NCBI RefSeq assembly: GCF_000143415.4
Contig: NW_003314305.1
Location: 1,028,027-1,092,026, forward strand
Origin: Selaginella moellendorffii
Lineage: Eukaryota > Plantae > Lycopodiophyta
Length of the DNA: 64,000 nt
Reading direction: 5' to 3'
Part shown: one piece after another, positions 14,925 to 30,010 of the stretch
Numbering within the stretch: position 1 is the first letter of the stretch
Layout of the letters: every line of letters begins with the position of its first letter
Notes under the pieces: model-generated
Database searches by the model: none
The model's input: the letters and a program-made list of their open reading frames with translations, nothing else
What the model was told of the DNA's origin: nothing
Translations under genes and position numbers: made by a program

Positions 14925-16992
14925 TCATTCCTGCTTGTTCTCATTTTCCTCTTTCTTTGCACCCTGCTCCTTTCAATCCTGGAGAGCCTCAATCACTTTC
15001 TCTAGAGCCCCTCTCGAGTTCCCCCTGTTCTGGATCAACACCTCTGCAATATCAGCAGGAGTAATCTCAACCTTGGCGATCAGCTCCTCGATCTCTCCAA
15101 ACTCCTCCTCAAACTGCTCCTGTTGTGAGATTTCAAGGTGAGTCCACGCCAGCACCTTGAACGCCTCAAATCCATAGTAGCCCATGAAAATGTGGAGGTC
15201 CATCCTGCCGGACCTCAACAACACAGGGTCTAGATCCTCCTTGTGGTTGGTCGTGAAGATGATGATCCTCTCACTCCTGCTACAAGACCACAGCGCATCG
15301 ATGAAATTCAGTAGCCCCGAAAGTGTGACCCTGCTGCTCTCTTGCTCCTTTTTCTTGTTTTTCTTCTCGGACTCTCCATCTTTCTCCTCGGTTTCTTCCT
15401 CCGCTGCCGGCTTCCCCCTCTTCTTGAGCTCCAGCGAGCAGTCGATGTCCTCGATCACGATGATCGCCTTGTTGGAAATCCCCATGAGCAGCTTTCTCAA
15501 GTCTGCATTGCTCTGCACCTCCGTCAGTTCCATATCGTAGACATCATACTGCGTGTAGTTCGCAATGACGACTTCCCAGTCCCCAGAGGCCCGTACAAGA
15601 GATACCCACGCTTCCAAGCTCTGCCAACCCGCTCAAAGAAATCCTTTCCAGCTTTGAACGAGTCCAGGTCCTGGATGATCTTGTTCTTGAGCTTGGGATC
15701 CAGTGCCAGGCTCGAGAAAGTCGAGCCATGCTTGAAAGGCACCGGGGGTAGAATGCACAATACAGCACCCCCCTTTATTTAGGGTGGCCCCATTTGCTTA
15801 TTTGGATTTGCATTGCTTACATGCTCATTACTATAAATTAAAGATTGTTCTAGTATATTATTTTCAATAATTTTTAAGTATTTAAAAGTACAAAATAAAA
15901 TATACTATTTATTATAATATAATAGCATTATCTTGATTGTATAGCTTAATATAATGAGTGAAGTTAATTGATTCAACCACTCCAACCCAACAATCACTAT
16001 ATATAATTGTTCCTAAAAATTTAATTATAATTACTAGTTAATTCTCTCAATAAGATCAGAGAAAGAAAGAATACTATCTTGACCATGATTTACATATTCC
16101 AATCTAACCATAATACTAAAGAGAATGAATAAAATAAGAAAGAAAATATAAGGAGTACAAATATAAAACACAATGAGGAAAAACGTAAACCAATCACAAG
16201 TTATATACTTATAAATTATAGCCGTTCATTCACTGGCTAATTATAAAATTATAGTCGTGTTAACAACATTTACTAGTTAAAGTTTAACGTTACTAATTTA
16301 AAGTTAGTCGTTAAACATTTAGGGTGCAGAGCTGGGCGTGACTAAGCGCGCCACGGAGGAAGCGAGGAGTGAGCGTGGCAAAGGGGCAACCACGTAAGAG
16401 AGAGGGGTGCTGTATTATGCATTTCTCCCTGTCCCTGTAGATCCACTCGCGTGAGTTTGCCATGTTGGTGTAGGGCTGCCGGTCTTGGTTCTGTCGCTTC
16501 AAGCTCTCCCCGAGCTTGATAACTTCCCTTGTGTACTCAGGCAAGAGTGTATACGTGTGCCTCCTGTGAACTTGGACAACGTACTCTCGGTGTGTTCCTC
16601 CACTTCGATCAAAATAGCTGAAGCCTCCACGGTTGGACGGCTCGCTGACATTGCAGACCCAGGAGAATGTCACCCCTTTGAACTTGTCCTCCACTCGCTC
16701 GCCCCTGGCGAGGTTGCAATTCGGCTTGCTGGCGTTCTTCACTCATGTGAACTGGATCCTGTTTGCCGAGCTCTTGGTGTTGGTTTTGGTGAGATGTGCA
16801 ACGTAGAGGTCGACCAGGTCGTAGATCTCGTTGCTGTTGTTGCAGACGTATTCGGGAATTGAGAGTGCTGTCTCCCACCAGAGTCAGGATACCAGCCTCC
16901 TGAGCTTGAGCAACCGAGAAGGAACTTATCTGCTTGAGAATCATGATAAAGCCCATGAGGGAACCGAGATGGGCGAAGTAGCCGCCTGCCAT
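14925..16992 (-). pseudogene. BCS1-like plant AAA-ATPase pseudogene (copy 1)
   Basis: Near-identical to 32940-34361 but with a 684-bp insertion, a 13-bp frameshifting deletion just after Walker A, GPPGTGKS changed to GPLGTGKS, and a 5' deletion. Confidence 0.92.
15746..16429. mobile_element. Non-autonomous TIR DNA transposon (Mutator-like/MITE) inserted in AAA-ATPase
   Basis: Imperfect ~26-bp TIRs GGGTAGAATGCACAATACAGCACCCC / GGGGTGCTGTATTATGCATTTCTCCC; absent from paralogs; no TSD visible and ~12 bp of target missing. Confidence 0.75.
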
Positions 16993-17465
16993 CTTGCTCT
17001 GTTTCTGCTGCTGCGAGAATGAGAAAACTACCCAATGATTTATTTCACACCCACTGACCACCAAGAGCTGCAAGTGCTGTGAGGCTGTAGCACCCGCTTC
17101 GGCCAGGCCAGCATCTTCTTCCTGACAAAACCACCCAACAGCAGCCAAGGAGCAAGGAGGACAAATGCTAGCGGCGGAGCACATATTGGAAAATGTCAAG
17201 AGCCCTCCATCTCCCAAGGCATGGGCTACCAAATCTTGCCTTCTCCATGCTCTACGAGGAGAGAGAGAGCTGCCTTGTGAAACCTTAGTATCCATGTTGG
17301 ATTGTAGTGAATCTTTCAAAAGATCCTTCCCAACAGAATAAGTTTAATACTCCTGGTAAAATATTCTTTTAATATTCTTAGTTGCCTGGTGAATCTTTCG
17401 AAAGATCCTTCCGAAAAGAATATAATATTCCTAGTAATAAAAAGACCTTTGAACCTATTGGGCTA

Positions 17466-19567
17466 ATGGATGTGGGATGGGCTCAGCCAGAGCAAATGAC
17501 TCCGGCGGTGGGATGGGATCCGCGCGTCGGTCTGATCGTGTCCGATTGGTTCCAGAGCAGCATAGGTACCCGATTGCTGAGAGTGGTGGCAGGGGCATTC
17601 GAGCGCTTTGGGCTGGAGCTGGATTCTTCAGCAGGGGCGTCGTGGTTCTACGATGTAGATGGGTCGAGTGTGTCGGAGCTCAAGTGGAAGATTTGGACTA
17701 TGGCAATCGCCCACGTCCTCCGGGTTCCCATCCCGGAGAATTTCTTGCACCTCTTCATCGCTGTGGACTATTTCATGCGCCAGCGAGGTCGCTCCAACCA
17801 GCAACGTTATGGTGACCGGAAACTGCTGCCCTTCGTGCTCCCTTGCCACTACGCTGTACTCAAGCTTGAAGAGGTGAGTTCTCGAGATTTCTTGTGGGAA
17901 AGCGGTAAAAGAGCTTTTTTCTATGGTCGCAGCTCAAGGAGAGAGACATTCAGACGCCAGCCACCGACGCGATGTCTTCAGAGGAAGGAATTACACGTAT
18001 GGCTTCTCCTTTTTCCTTTTCACTTTCTAACCAGTCGCCTGTGCAGATCTTGTGTCGCTCATGTCTAGAGTTCCCTGTACTTTCTCGACGCGAACATGTC
18101 TTCTGGATGCCATGCGCCTGTTTGATGTGAGCGAGCAACTCTGCGTGCTCTTCTTCGCGTGGTTGCAGCTCCAGGTCCAGGTAAACAAGCAGCCGCTCGA
18201 ATGGCTCGACGCTTTCCTAGCTCAAGCCAAAGCTGGCGGCGGGGGGCACCTGGGCAACGTCTTGCTCTTCTTCCTAGACACGGTGCACGCATGCAGATTT
18301 AAGGGTTTCTATCTGCTACCCAGGGAGAACATCGACAGGGTCTTTAATGTTTGCATCAAGGAACTCCCGATGGTAGAGTGGCAGTCGATCGACCTCACCC
18401 CCGGCGTCCGTCAGGTGTTAGAGGTAAAATCCTTAGCTCGACTTGCAAAACACAGATGAGACTCTTAAGGCTTCTTATTCTTTCTTTTTTTAATTGTTAT
18501 TTTATTTTGGCAGGAGGTGGACGCAGAAGTGACGCACAAATTCGAGTGGGACAAAAGCCTTCTTTTACCTCTGGAGCGTTGGGTGCATAGGAGGTCGCTC
18601 GTTTACCAGCACAGGCCTCGCGAGATTCCATACGTTATGGACTTTACGGATGCAAGCTTGCAAATTGGCCGTCTGATCTACACTTGGACATTGACGAAGA
18701 AGGGGCAGCGGGACCATGCCGAGCTCCAGACGCTGTGCTCGACGGGCAAGTCGATCGTGGAGCACGCACAGTCGGTGCCAGTGGGAAGCAGCGACGAGCG
18801 CCAGCTCTACCGTGCCGCCGCTGCCGTTTTCGGCAAGGATCTTAGCGGCCATTTCGTGCAGCTATGCAGGAACGCGCAGTGGGAGCCGGATGGGGTCCCT
18901 TGCTCGCAATCCGAGCTGGGAGAAATAAGGGAGCTGGCATGGAGAGGGCTGATTTTAATCTTCAAATTCCAGTCCAGAGTTCCGGAGCATTACTTTGACG
19001 GCGGCCCTAAACAACTGAGAAACAAAGTGCCGTTCGGTGCCATGATCGTCTACATTGTTCACGTACGCACAGTGTTTTTTCCGTTGGAATGTGTTTCTCA
19101 AAAAAAATTTCTGTTTTCTTTTTGTGTTGTTTTGCGCAGGTAATATTTGAGGATCACTTGGCTCTAGACATTGACTGCAAAACGTGGACAGAAGAGTGTG
19201 AGTGAATTATCTTTGCTTGGTGGAAGTATTTACTAAAGCTGTTTTTGTAGGCCACATGGCTCTAAATAGTCACCCAAATCGTGCTACAGTTCGGAACAAG
19301 AGTGGGATTTTTGTTGCATCAGATGGGACTAGGAAGAGATGTCTAGCTCTTGAGAAGTTGATAGAGTCTCCCAAAATACAGAGGGCCCTGGGAGCCAGCG
19401 CTGATGAAATACGCGATGCTATGGTCAAGGCGTTTGCAGCAGGTGGTATATATTTTGATCAGGAACACAGAAATTTATGGTTTAAAATGGGCAAAATATT
19501 CAGAGGGGATTATGCGAGGCTCTCTGCATATATTATAGCATATGTAATTTTCAAAGGATTAATTTAA
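17466..19567 (+). CDS. Uncharacterised protein, ~594 aa, 6 exons
   Basis: Exons 17466-17873, 17933-17996, 18035-18423, 18514-19062, 19140-19197, 19251-19567 splice through five GT-AG introns into one stop-free frame; start could be 17496. Confidence 0.75.
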
Positions 19568-20529
19568 ACAATATACTTATCTGTCATTGGTCTCATTCTA
19601 TGAATGGATAAAATTATGTTTCGAATCTTTTTGTGAAAAGCATAAGATTGAGCCTACATTTAAAAGCCTCTAAACAATGCCGACGCATTCATTCGGCCAT
19701 TGACGAGGAGTCGCCATCTCCAGTCGAAATCTGACCCAAACCCCGCGATCTAGGCTTGAAAGAAGGTGCCACGGAGGGGAATCAAGTTCAATTGCATTCC
19801 TCGAAAGAAGGTGCCAGGGAGGCGAATCAAGAAGGGTTCAATTGCATGGCTTTGGTGAATGTCAGGCTGATGCACTGTGGAGATGGCGGCGAACTGCCTG
19901 GCCTGCCTTCGAGTCGTCTCGCGGGCGGTGAAGGTGGTGAGCCCTCTTGTGCGTCCTAGTGCCTCCTTTGCGAAGGAGAAGCATTTTGAGCTTGGATTTA
20001 ATGTCTCTCTGTACCACTTGTTTAATCTCCTTTTGTTCTAGGTGACATAGCATGGACTTGTCGTGCAATATACACTAGACAGCTTTTCTGCTTGAGTTGC
20101 AATGAATGAGTGCGTGCCACGTGATGGAGCTCTGAATACTATGGTATCATTTAGGCAAGGATCAAGCCTACAGTGATTCAGGATTTACCGCAATTTCAAG
20201 AAGCTGGACACCACATTTCACGCAGTGTTTATGCTGATATGTCTGTTAGAAATTTCATAAGGCACCATCAATAAAGGGATTCTCAAGTTGGAGACAATCT
20301 TAGCCATTCTTCAACATTGCTGCTGTTACACATTACATATTCTTTCTCTTTCTGACAAAAAACTTAAATAACTTTAAAAACCATAAGTTATAGTACAACC
20401 TGGAAAATATAGATGTCATCATTTTTTATCTATCTTATATTTTGTTTTGGCAGTCTTGTGGTGCCCAACAAGAAGCATGAGACTGCAAACAAAGAATTAC
20501 CTGGAAAATACAGAGGTCAAGCATTTTCA

Positions 20530-21563
20530 ATGCCAGATAAGGCATGCAATTCCTAAAAGGATAGTAAAGATATAGATAGATTTCACACCCATATGATGTT
20601 TTTCTATTGAATGAGCATTAAAGCTTCATCCCATGGTAATAGATAGCACATGCATTGTTCTTGATGCCAGTACAATAGGTGGATGATCCCTAGTCTATCA
20701 AGTTAGATGCCCTGTCATTCAGTATGTTGGCATTAGATGTGGAAGGTAACATAATTTGCTCATGATTGGTTTGAATCATTTTTGCTAGTAGTGTAAGAAG
20801 TGGCATTAAATCACTTTTAATTTGCTCTCTATACACATCAAAGTTCCTACCATATACAAATTTATTTCAAATTTGTATCAGTAAAACCTATCCTTCCAAT
20901 TTACTAGAAGAGGTGGAGGAAGAGGAGGAGGATGGCCTTTCATCCAGACTCAAATTGTAGTTCAAGTGTCAATAGTGATAATGTTGTTGTCCTATAGATT
21001 CTATTATTTTCCAACCTTTTAAATTCAATTCATTTACACATTTTCAGGCCTTTTGTCATTTTTTGCAATTGAGGGGATTCAGTAGTCTAGCTGCATTTGG
21101 CACCTAGATCCACTTAAATTTGAGACTAAGACCATTGTGTACCTCATATGCTATCTTAAAATTTCAATGCCATCATTGTATAAATATATGTGGCAAATTA
21201 GAAAGGTGTATATTATAAGGTGCTACCCAAAGAGGTACTTCATCACATTCACACTAACAATGTTAAGGAGATTATCAAATTTTGATATAGTTGTCAACCT
21301 AAAAGATACTAGTTTAGCTGATACCAAATTTGTGAGCCTTATTCACTCACAACATAACCAAATTGCAATAGAGGCATTTCAATTTTTTGCCTTAGCATAT
21401 TGTAAACTTATAAGCTATGGTTTCTATGTATATGCCATTATTTTTGGTGCAACTCATTATATTATAGCTTGCAAGTTGACTGCCTCCAAAAATCTCATAT
21501 AATATTCAAAATATACACATGGGGTATTTGTTTATTTGAGGCCTAAACACATCTTGAACAACA
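20530..21563 (-). mobile_element. Old LTR-retrotransposon fragment (PBS plus LTR edge)
   Basis: Reverse-complement Met PBS (TGGTATCAGC) at 21317-21326 next to an LTR-like end at 21331; extent uncertain. Confidence 0.4.
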
Positions 21564-22321
21564 TGTGAGATACAAATCCTAGAGCCCCAAAAGTGGAGTC
21601 GAAAGGACGCCATGTGGTAGTGGCCAAAACGGAAGCTAAATGAGAGTAACACATTTGAACTAAAAACTCTAACTTGAAAAGTCAAGAGCAAGAGTGGAAC
21701 TCTTAACAAAGTGCTCAAAGAATGAGCATAAAGCGAGCAATAAATGAATTTCTAGAAAAGGGACACAAGAGAACTAACATATGACATATGGAAGTGTTAA
21801 GATGGACCTGAGATGAAGTCCTAAAATGAAGTCCGAGATGGAATCCGAGATGGACCCGAGATGGACCCGAGATGGAGTCCGAAATGGAGTTTGAGATGGA
21901 GTCTGAAGATGGACATAAGATGGAATATGAGATAGACCCGAGACAAAGTCCGAGATAGAGTCTAAAATGGACCCGAGATGGAGTCTGAGATGGAATCGAG
22001 ATCAAGACCGAAACTGAGATTAAGTCCAAGTCCGAAACCAAATCCAAGTCCGAGTTCGAGTTTGAGTTTGAGTTTAAGTTCAAGTCTGAGTCCGAATACT
22101 AATATATGTTGTTGGATGAAAACCCAAAGCGATCATCATGGGATTGGACATGTGGAGCACTTGGACCAAATCTAATAGCTGAGTGGTATGGATGCCATTC
22201 TCAAGGCTAGCAAGTCCCCAAGTTCGAAATATGACTTATGGAGGTTATGAGTGAAACTTCTCTAAGTGGTCAAAGGTGTAATTAAGTGACTAAAGTAGAA
22301 TAGAAAAATTAATCACTTACA
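21564..22321. mobile_element. Solo LTR, decayed and internally deleted
   Basis: TG...CA termini, TSD CAACA on both sides, homologous to both ends of 23502-25164. Confidence 0.85.
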
Positions 22322-23501
22322 CAACAATACTCTATAGCATAATGATATCAAAAGGGATATAGTTTGCTATTGAAATCCTATAGCTAAGAGCTTTATATAT
22401 GAGACATCAACATATAACTTAGCACTCACTGTGTTAAACTTTTATCCAAATAAGGATTGAATCCATTTTGTTTTACATTTGTGGAAAAAGCTTTTAATTC
22501 CCTTCTCGAGATAAAAAAGTTATGAATCACTACTTCCATTTAGAGTTATTAAATTTATCCTCACTTCACCATATATGTTCAACATTCCACTATTGTATCC
22601 ATTTAGCCTCACTCCATTGAGGTTATATATTTTATTTGGACTTATTATACTCATCCTCATTACATAACCTATGTTTCGTCTTCACTCCAATACCATTGTT
22701 ATCTATCCTCACTCCATCATCATGATTAAACTACCATCTGTCCCCTCTACCACCTCTTCTGAAAAAAGAAGACAGCTTTAAGTATTAGAAAAAGAGGAGA
22801 AATTGACAAAATTTAGGAAGAAATATTGTAGAAAAAAAGAATAAAAGAGCATTAAAAAATAATTTTTAACAGTTGTTAAAATGGAAAAAAAATAAAGAAA
22901 TTTACTTAAAACTTGAATGATAGAGAACCTTTTGTAATAAGAGACTCTTTCTAAATAGAAATGTTATTAAAAAATACTATATATAATATAGCAAGTATAC
23001 TATAATATATATATATATAGATATATATATATACACACACACACATATACATATATCATACACTTAGACCTTAGACATTTTACAGATCTTATAAATTTAG
23101 AGTTTTAAAAAATAAGTAACTAAATTTTTTGTGAGGTCCAAGTGTACAAATATGATGTTATATATTAATATTAGTGTAGTGGGATCTTAATAAAGACTGA
23201 AGGCACTACTAACTATAAATGATCATCATAATTAGTCTCTACAAAATAAAAAACTTTGTCCTCAAGATGAATATTAAAAATGTAAATACCAAAATGGCAA
23301 GTAATCAGCAACTAATGTAAAAATTCTCAAACCCATCACAAAGCTTTTAAATTCACGACTCAAGCTTTTGAGTTTTATAAGCTTTGTTAAGAGAAGGTAA
23401 ATTTTGTATTGCACCTTGTAAACATTGAATATCAAGTATAGTATTTGATAGTATAAAATCCTTATTTAGAAAATCTATAGATAGTAGAATAACAAGTTCG
23501 T

Positions 23502-25164
23502 TGTGAGACACAAAATCTCTAAGCCCCAAAGTGGAGCCGGAAGGGCACCACGTGGTAGTGGCCGAAGTGAAAGCCAAACGAGCGTAACACATTTGGACTA
23601 AAAGCTCCGCCTTGAAAGGTCAAGAGCGGGAGTGGAACTCCCAACAAAGTGCTCAAGGAATGAGCACGAAGCGAGCAATAAGTGAGGCTCTAAAAAGGGA
23701 CCCAAAAGGACCAACACATGACACGTGGAAGTGTCTGAGATGGAGTCCGAGATGGACTGAGATGGAGTCCAAGATGGAGTCCGAGGTGGACCGAGACGGA
23801 GTCCGAGATGGAGTCCGAGATGGAGTCCGAGGTGGACCAAGACGGAGTCCGAGATAGAGTCCGAGATGGAGTCCAAGATGGAGTCCGAGCTGTGGGCCGA
23901 GACAAAGTCCAAGATGGAGTTCGAGATGGACCTGAGATGGAATCTGAGATGGAGTCCGAGAAGGACTCAAGATGGAGTCTGAGGTCGAGACCGAGACCGA
24001 GACCTGGACCGAGACCGAGACCTGGACCGAGACTGAGACCAAGACCGAGACCAAGACCGAGACCGGGACTGAGACCGAGATCGGGACCAAGACCGAGACC
24101 GAGGCCGAGGCCAAGAACGGGCCTGAGCCCAAGTCCGAGTCCGAGTCCAATTCTGAGTCCGAGTCCGAGTCCGAGTTTGAGTCTGAGAGGGTGAAAGCCC
24201 AAAGCGTTCGTTTCGCAGACCCTGGGGGGTTTGGTGAGCTCCAAAAGTATAATAAGGGGGAGGACTGCAGTGGAGCTAGTTTGGCCCAGGAAGGCTGTAC
24301 CCAGTGTTGGGTGATGAGCTGCCCACTGGGAAGTCCAAGACTAGAGTGAACACAGACCGATAAGCGGGGTAGCTTGGTGAAGTGTTCGGAAGCCGGCTCT
24401 AGTTCCCCTGGGAGATCGACTAGCCGATGCTCCCAGTCCAAGTGTGGGTGGCACTACTTACTTGGATACCAGGTGTGACTCAACAGATTCTCGCTCTAAG
24501 CCCATGGCTAGAGCACCCAAAGGCGGAAGGCGGGGAGAGTACCCACGAGGCTTGCGTAAGGCCATGGTGTTCCGAAATGTTGTCCCAAAGGCCCAAACTG
24601 TGGAAAGGAAGAGGAGTAGTCCTCTGCTGTAGTGACCAAGGATACAGTCGTGTGGTGAGGAAGTCCTAGAGAACCATGGGACTTAGTGGTCGGGCCGGTG
24701 GGCCTTGATCCAGTGGCAGTGTTGGCGAACACGGCCAAAGACAAAAAGGGACTTGGTGGGGACCAAAAAGGAGATATTGGGGAAGGCTATTCCCCATGTC
24801 TGTGGGCATTCTTAGGATGCTCAGGAGTGGATCTGGGATGACCACTCATGAACAGATGGCCCAGTCTTGGAGAGACGGGATTGCAATGCAGGTGGTGTTG
24901 GACCACCGATGTGACCAAGGTGACTGGGCATGGCCTAGTGTAACGGGCTGGTGTGTTGGTGGTGCCTTGGGGTGTCAGTCATGGGACCGGACACGTGGAG
25001 CACTTGGACCAAGTGCAAAGGTTGAGTGGCATGGATGCCATTCTTAGGGCTAGCAAGCCCCAAGTCCTGAGAGGGATTTATGAAGGTTGTGAATGAGACT
25101 CCTCCAAGTGGTTGGAGGTGCGATTAAGTGACTAAAGTAGAATGGAAAAAATTAATCGCTTACA
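23502..25164. mobile_element. Solo LTR (1663 bp) with internal 12-bp and 6-bp tandem arrays
   Basis: TGTGAG...TTACA; TSD TTCGT/TTCAT; GAGATGGAGTCC, CCGAGA and CCGAGT arrays at 23735-24187; absent from copy 1. Confidence 0.85.
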
Positions 25165-26110
25165 TTCATTATGAATAAATAAAAGAGTGAAGAAGGGAAA
25201 CAAACTCAAAAAAGAGCATTAACATTAGCCATAGAATCCCCAAATGATGAACAATCTCAAAATTATATATCTAAAAGTTTAGAGCCTACCAAATAATACA
25301 ACTAATCAAGTTTTTCTACTTCAATAATAAAGCAACTATAGCATGATCACCTTTTAATAATGTTTGAGAACCATGCAAATATACATGAAACTTCTTGAAA
25401 CACTAAACTATTGTTATATTCCACATTTTCTCCACACTTACTATGATTTTCATATTCTATATGGGTATATGAAACATCATCATGTTACTAAAAAGTTGTG
25501 TAAATCTTTTTATTGGCCAAAGATGTGACATTATGTTATTCAATAGTTGTGTTTGGTGTTAAATTTCCCCTTCATACTATGGAAGGATAGTTGAAATTAA
25601 TTACTTCCCATCTATTTGATTTAGTGGTGCTAGATTTAATGGGGTATTTTCCATGGTTGACTATTAGGAATGAGTACGTCATTATCACCTTTGATTACTT
25701 GACTTGTTAGGAGGAAATTAATGCTCTTACTAGTGCATTTGCAATTACTATTGAATACTTATTTCTCAATCAAGTAGTGTTTCAACATTCTTTGCCAGAG
25801 AAGTTTCTTTTAAATAATAGACTTGCATTTATAATTGAGGCATTTCACATGTTAACATCTTGGTTGAGAATACATTACACTTTCACAAGTGTTTATCATT
25901 CACAAATAAATGGTTTGTTCAAACTTTTAAAAGGATGATTGCAAAGTACATGAATTTTCAACACTTGAATTGAGATAGTTATTTACTACCTCTTCATTAT
26001 GCATATGTGACAAAGTACAGTGTTTCATAAATGTTTCACCATATAAACTCTTATATAGTCATGATTTGATATTTTCAACAGAATTAAATTTACCCTTGTT
26101 TGGGTGGCCA
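25165..26110. mobile_element. Gypsy RNase H (inverted) and integrase remnant, duplicate of 5025-6265
   Basis: Homology to 5025-5280 (reverse complement) and 5577-6265 (direct). Confidence 0.7.
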
Positions 26111-26463
26111 TGACTAAAAGTTGCAAGGATCTCCTAGGCATCCCCACATTTCCATACACTTCAATAAGAAGATTTAAATCCACCAATAAAGTATAAACTC
26201 ACTCTCACATTCGAGAAGTGCTACAAAAATGGAGAGAGATGTCCCCCTAAGTTACCCACTCAATCCTATGCCAGCTCCTTGCAACCTCACAAGCACAAGA
26301 TTCTGGTTGTTGTTGAGGGCAATGATAGAGCCCTTGCCCTACTTATCATGTTGTTTCGAGCTGCTCCATGGCCATCGATCCAAGCTCAACCATTCAAGCA
26401 TGCATATCACGTTTGAATTGACTTCATCAACTGAACGGTCAAAGGAGTCCTTGGTAATGTAAT

Positions 26464-26533
26464 GTGGCTGTAGTTAGTGGTGAGATTCCATGTTGTGGCT
26501 GTGGAGACCTGGGCTTGAATCCCAGTAGCCACA
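26464..26533 (+). pseudogene. tRNA-His pseudogene
   Basis: 70-nt copy with two 1-nt deletions and four C>T changes relative to 27938-28009. Confidence 0.85.
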
Positions 26534-26599
26534 ATTGCATTCTTTTTTGGTAAGCTTGTTGAAGTTTTAGTTTGACTTTATTTGCATGCTTTGGTCAAA

Positions 26600-27760
26600 T
26601 TAATACATTTCGAGAAACACTGGATGCAACGGAGGCATGGCTGTTCTGCTACATTCATTGAACTCGTCCAGAAGCACTGAAGAAGTACCTTTCTCCAAGT
26701 AGAGTGGGATGTGATCAAAACCAACATCTTGTTTGTTGGAGAAAAACCTCCCTGTTGTAGATTCGGAGGCTGGAAGCAATGCCAGCCAAATAGCTGTTTC
26801 AGCCCCGGCTTGAGGCGAATGACCATTATTCCTTGACATATCGGTGCTCGTCAGCCCTGGACACATGCAATTCACAAAGATTTTACGACCTTGTTTGGGG
26901 AGATCCCATGCCATCGCTCTTGAGTAAGCATTGATAAGGAGTTTAGATAAGCAATAGTCGTATGCTCCAAAGATCCCAGACCACCCTTTTTCTCTAAGTT
27001 GGCCATGCTCCACATCCTCGATGAACTCCTCTGCCACTTCGTCCAAAGTTTCGACTGAGAGGTTGTCAATGTTAGAAATCTTTTGTACCACGGCTTGGTT
27101 TCGAAGAGCCTGTTAAGCACCGAGAGTTTATAGCTAAATCCAGAAGAGACTTACATCCATTCGGCTTGTTGCTGAACTCACATTGATGATGCGAGACCCA
27201 TGGGGAGATTGTGATCTTAAGAGAGGGAGCAAGCACTCGATCACCATCCTCGTTCCGTAGTAGTTCGTGCTGATAACATCCTTGGAACTCTCCACTGTTG
27301 GATTTCCCAAGTGATCATTTCTTGAGATTCCAGCATTGTTAACCTTTATAGCATAGATCTATAAATTATTGCCAGAATTCAGGGGAGAACTCAAACATAC
27401 CAATATGTCAACGCCATTGAACTTAGTTTCGATCCATTTAGCAAAGTTTTGGATGGATGACGGGCTTCTCACGTCCAAGACATGGAAGTGAAGCGTTTCC
27501 GGATTGATCTTTTGATCCTTCTTGAGAGAATTTAGAGCCGCCAATCCCCTTTGCTCGTCTCTGGATGTCAGGATTGTAGTCACTCCCTTGAGTGCCAGGC
27601 CTTGAGCAATGGCAAATCCGAGCCCCTTATTGCTCCCAGTCACCACCGCAATTGTATCTTTGGACCACCATCTTGTTGTCCAGGAAAAGAGCATGGAAGA
27701 GACTTGAGTCAAGCAAATGTAAGAAGTATTTCTCCAGAACACTTACTGCGAGTCCGCCAT
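26600..27760 (-). CDS. SDR carbonyl-reductase-like (copy 2)
   Basis: Same motifs and exon structure as 6724-7894. Confidence 0.92.
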
Positions 27761-27937
27761 AGCTCAAGAAGGCAACAGTTGCACGCACGATTGAGATGTG
27801 ATATTGTGGTGCTGGTCTTGTGCTTTTATTTGCGTGAAAGGACAGTGAGGTTATTGCTGGAAAAGAAAAGTCTTCTCGGGGATTTGTCGATTAGCAACTC
27901 AAGAATAAGACTACAGTTTTGTTTAGCACAAAATGGA

Positions 27938-28009
27938 TGTGGCTGCTGGGATTCGAGCCCAGGTCTCCACGGCCACAACGTGGAATTCTCACCACTAAAC
28001 TACAGCCAC
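27938..28009 (-). tRNA. trnH-GUG: tRNA-His (GTG)
   Basis: Identical to 8084-8155. Confidence 0.93.
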
Positions 28010-28074
28010 ATTACTTGTTAAGTGGGTTAAATAGTTCCACTAGATTTATATTTATTTCCTGAGAAAAAAATTGA

Positions 28075-30010
<1,936 letters not shown>

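Noticed and set aside
13947-15005. 233-aa and neighbouring + strand ORFs
   Set aside because: T-rich decayed sequence with no counterpart seen in copy 2, non-ATG starts and no motif; possibly a LINE remnant but unsupported
23598-24441. Long ET/RP/LG/SV/SD dipeptide-repeat ORFs, or a CRISPR-like array
   Set aside because: Produced by stop-free 6/12-bp tandem repeats inside a solo LTR; no unique spacers and no cas genes
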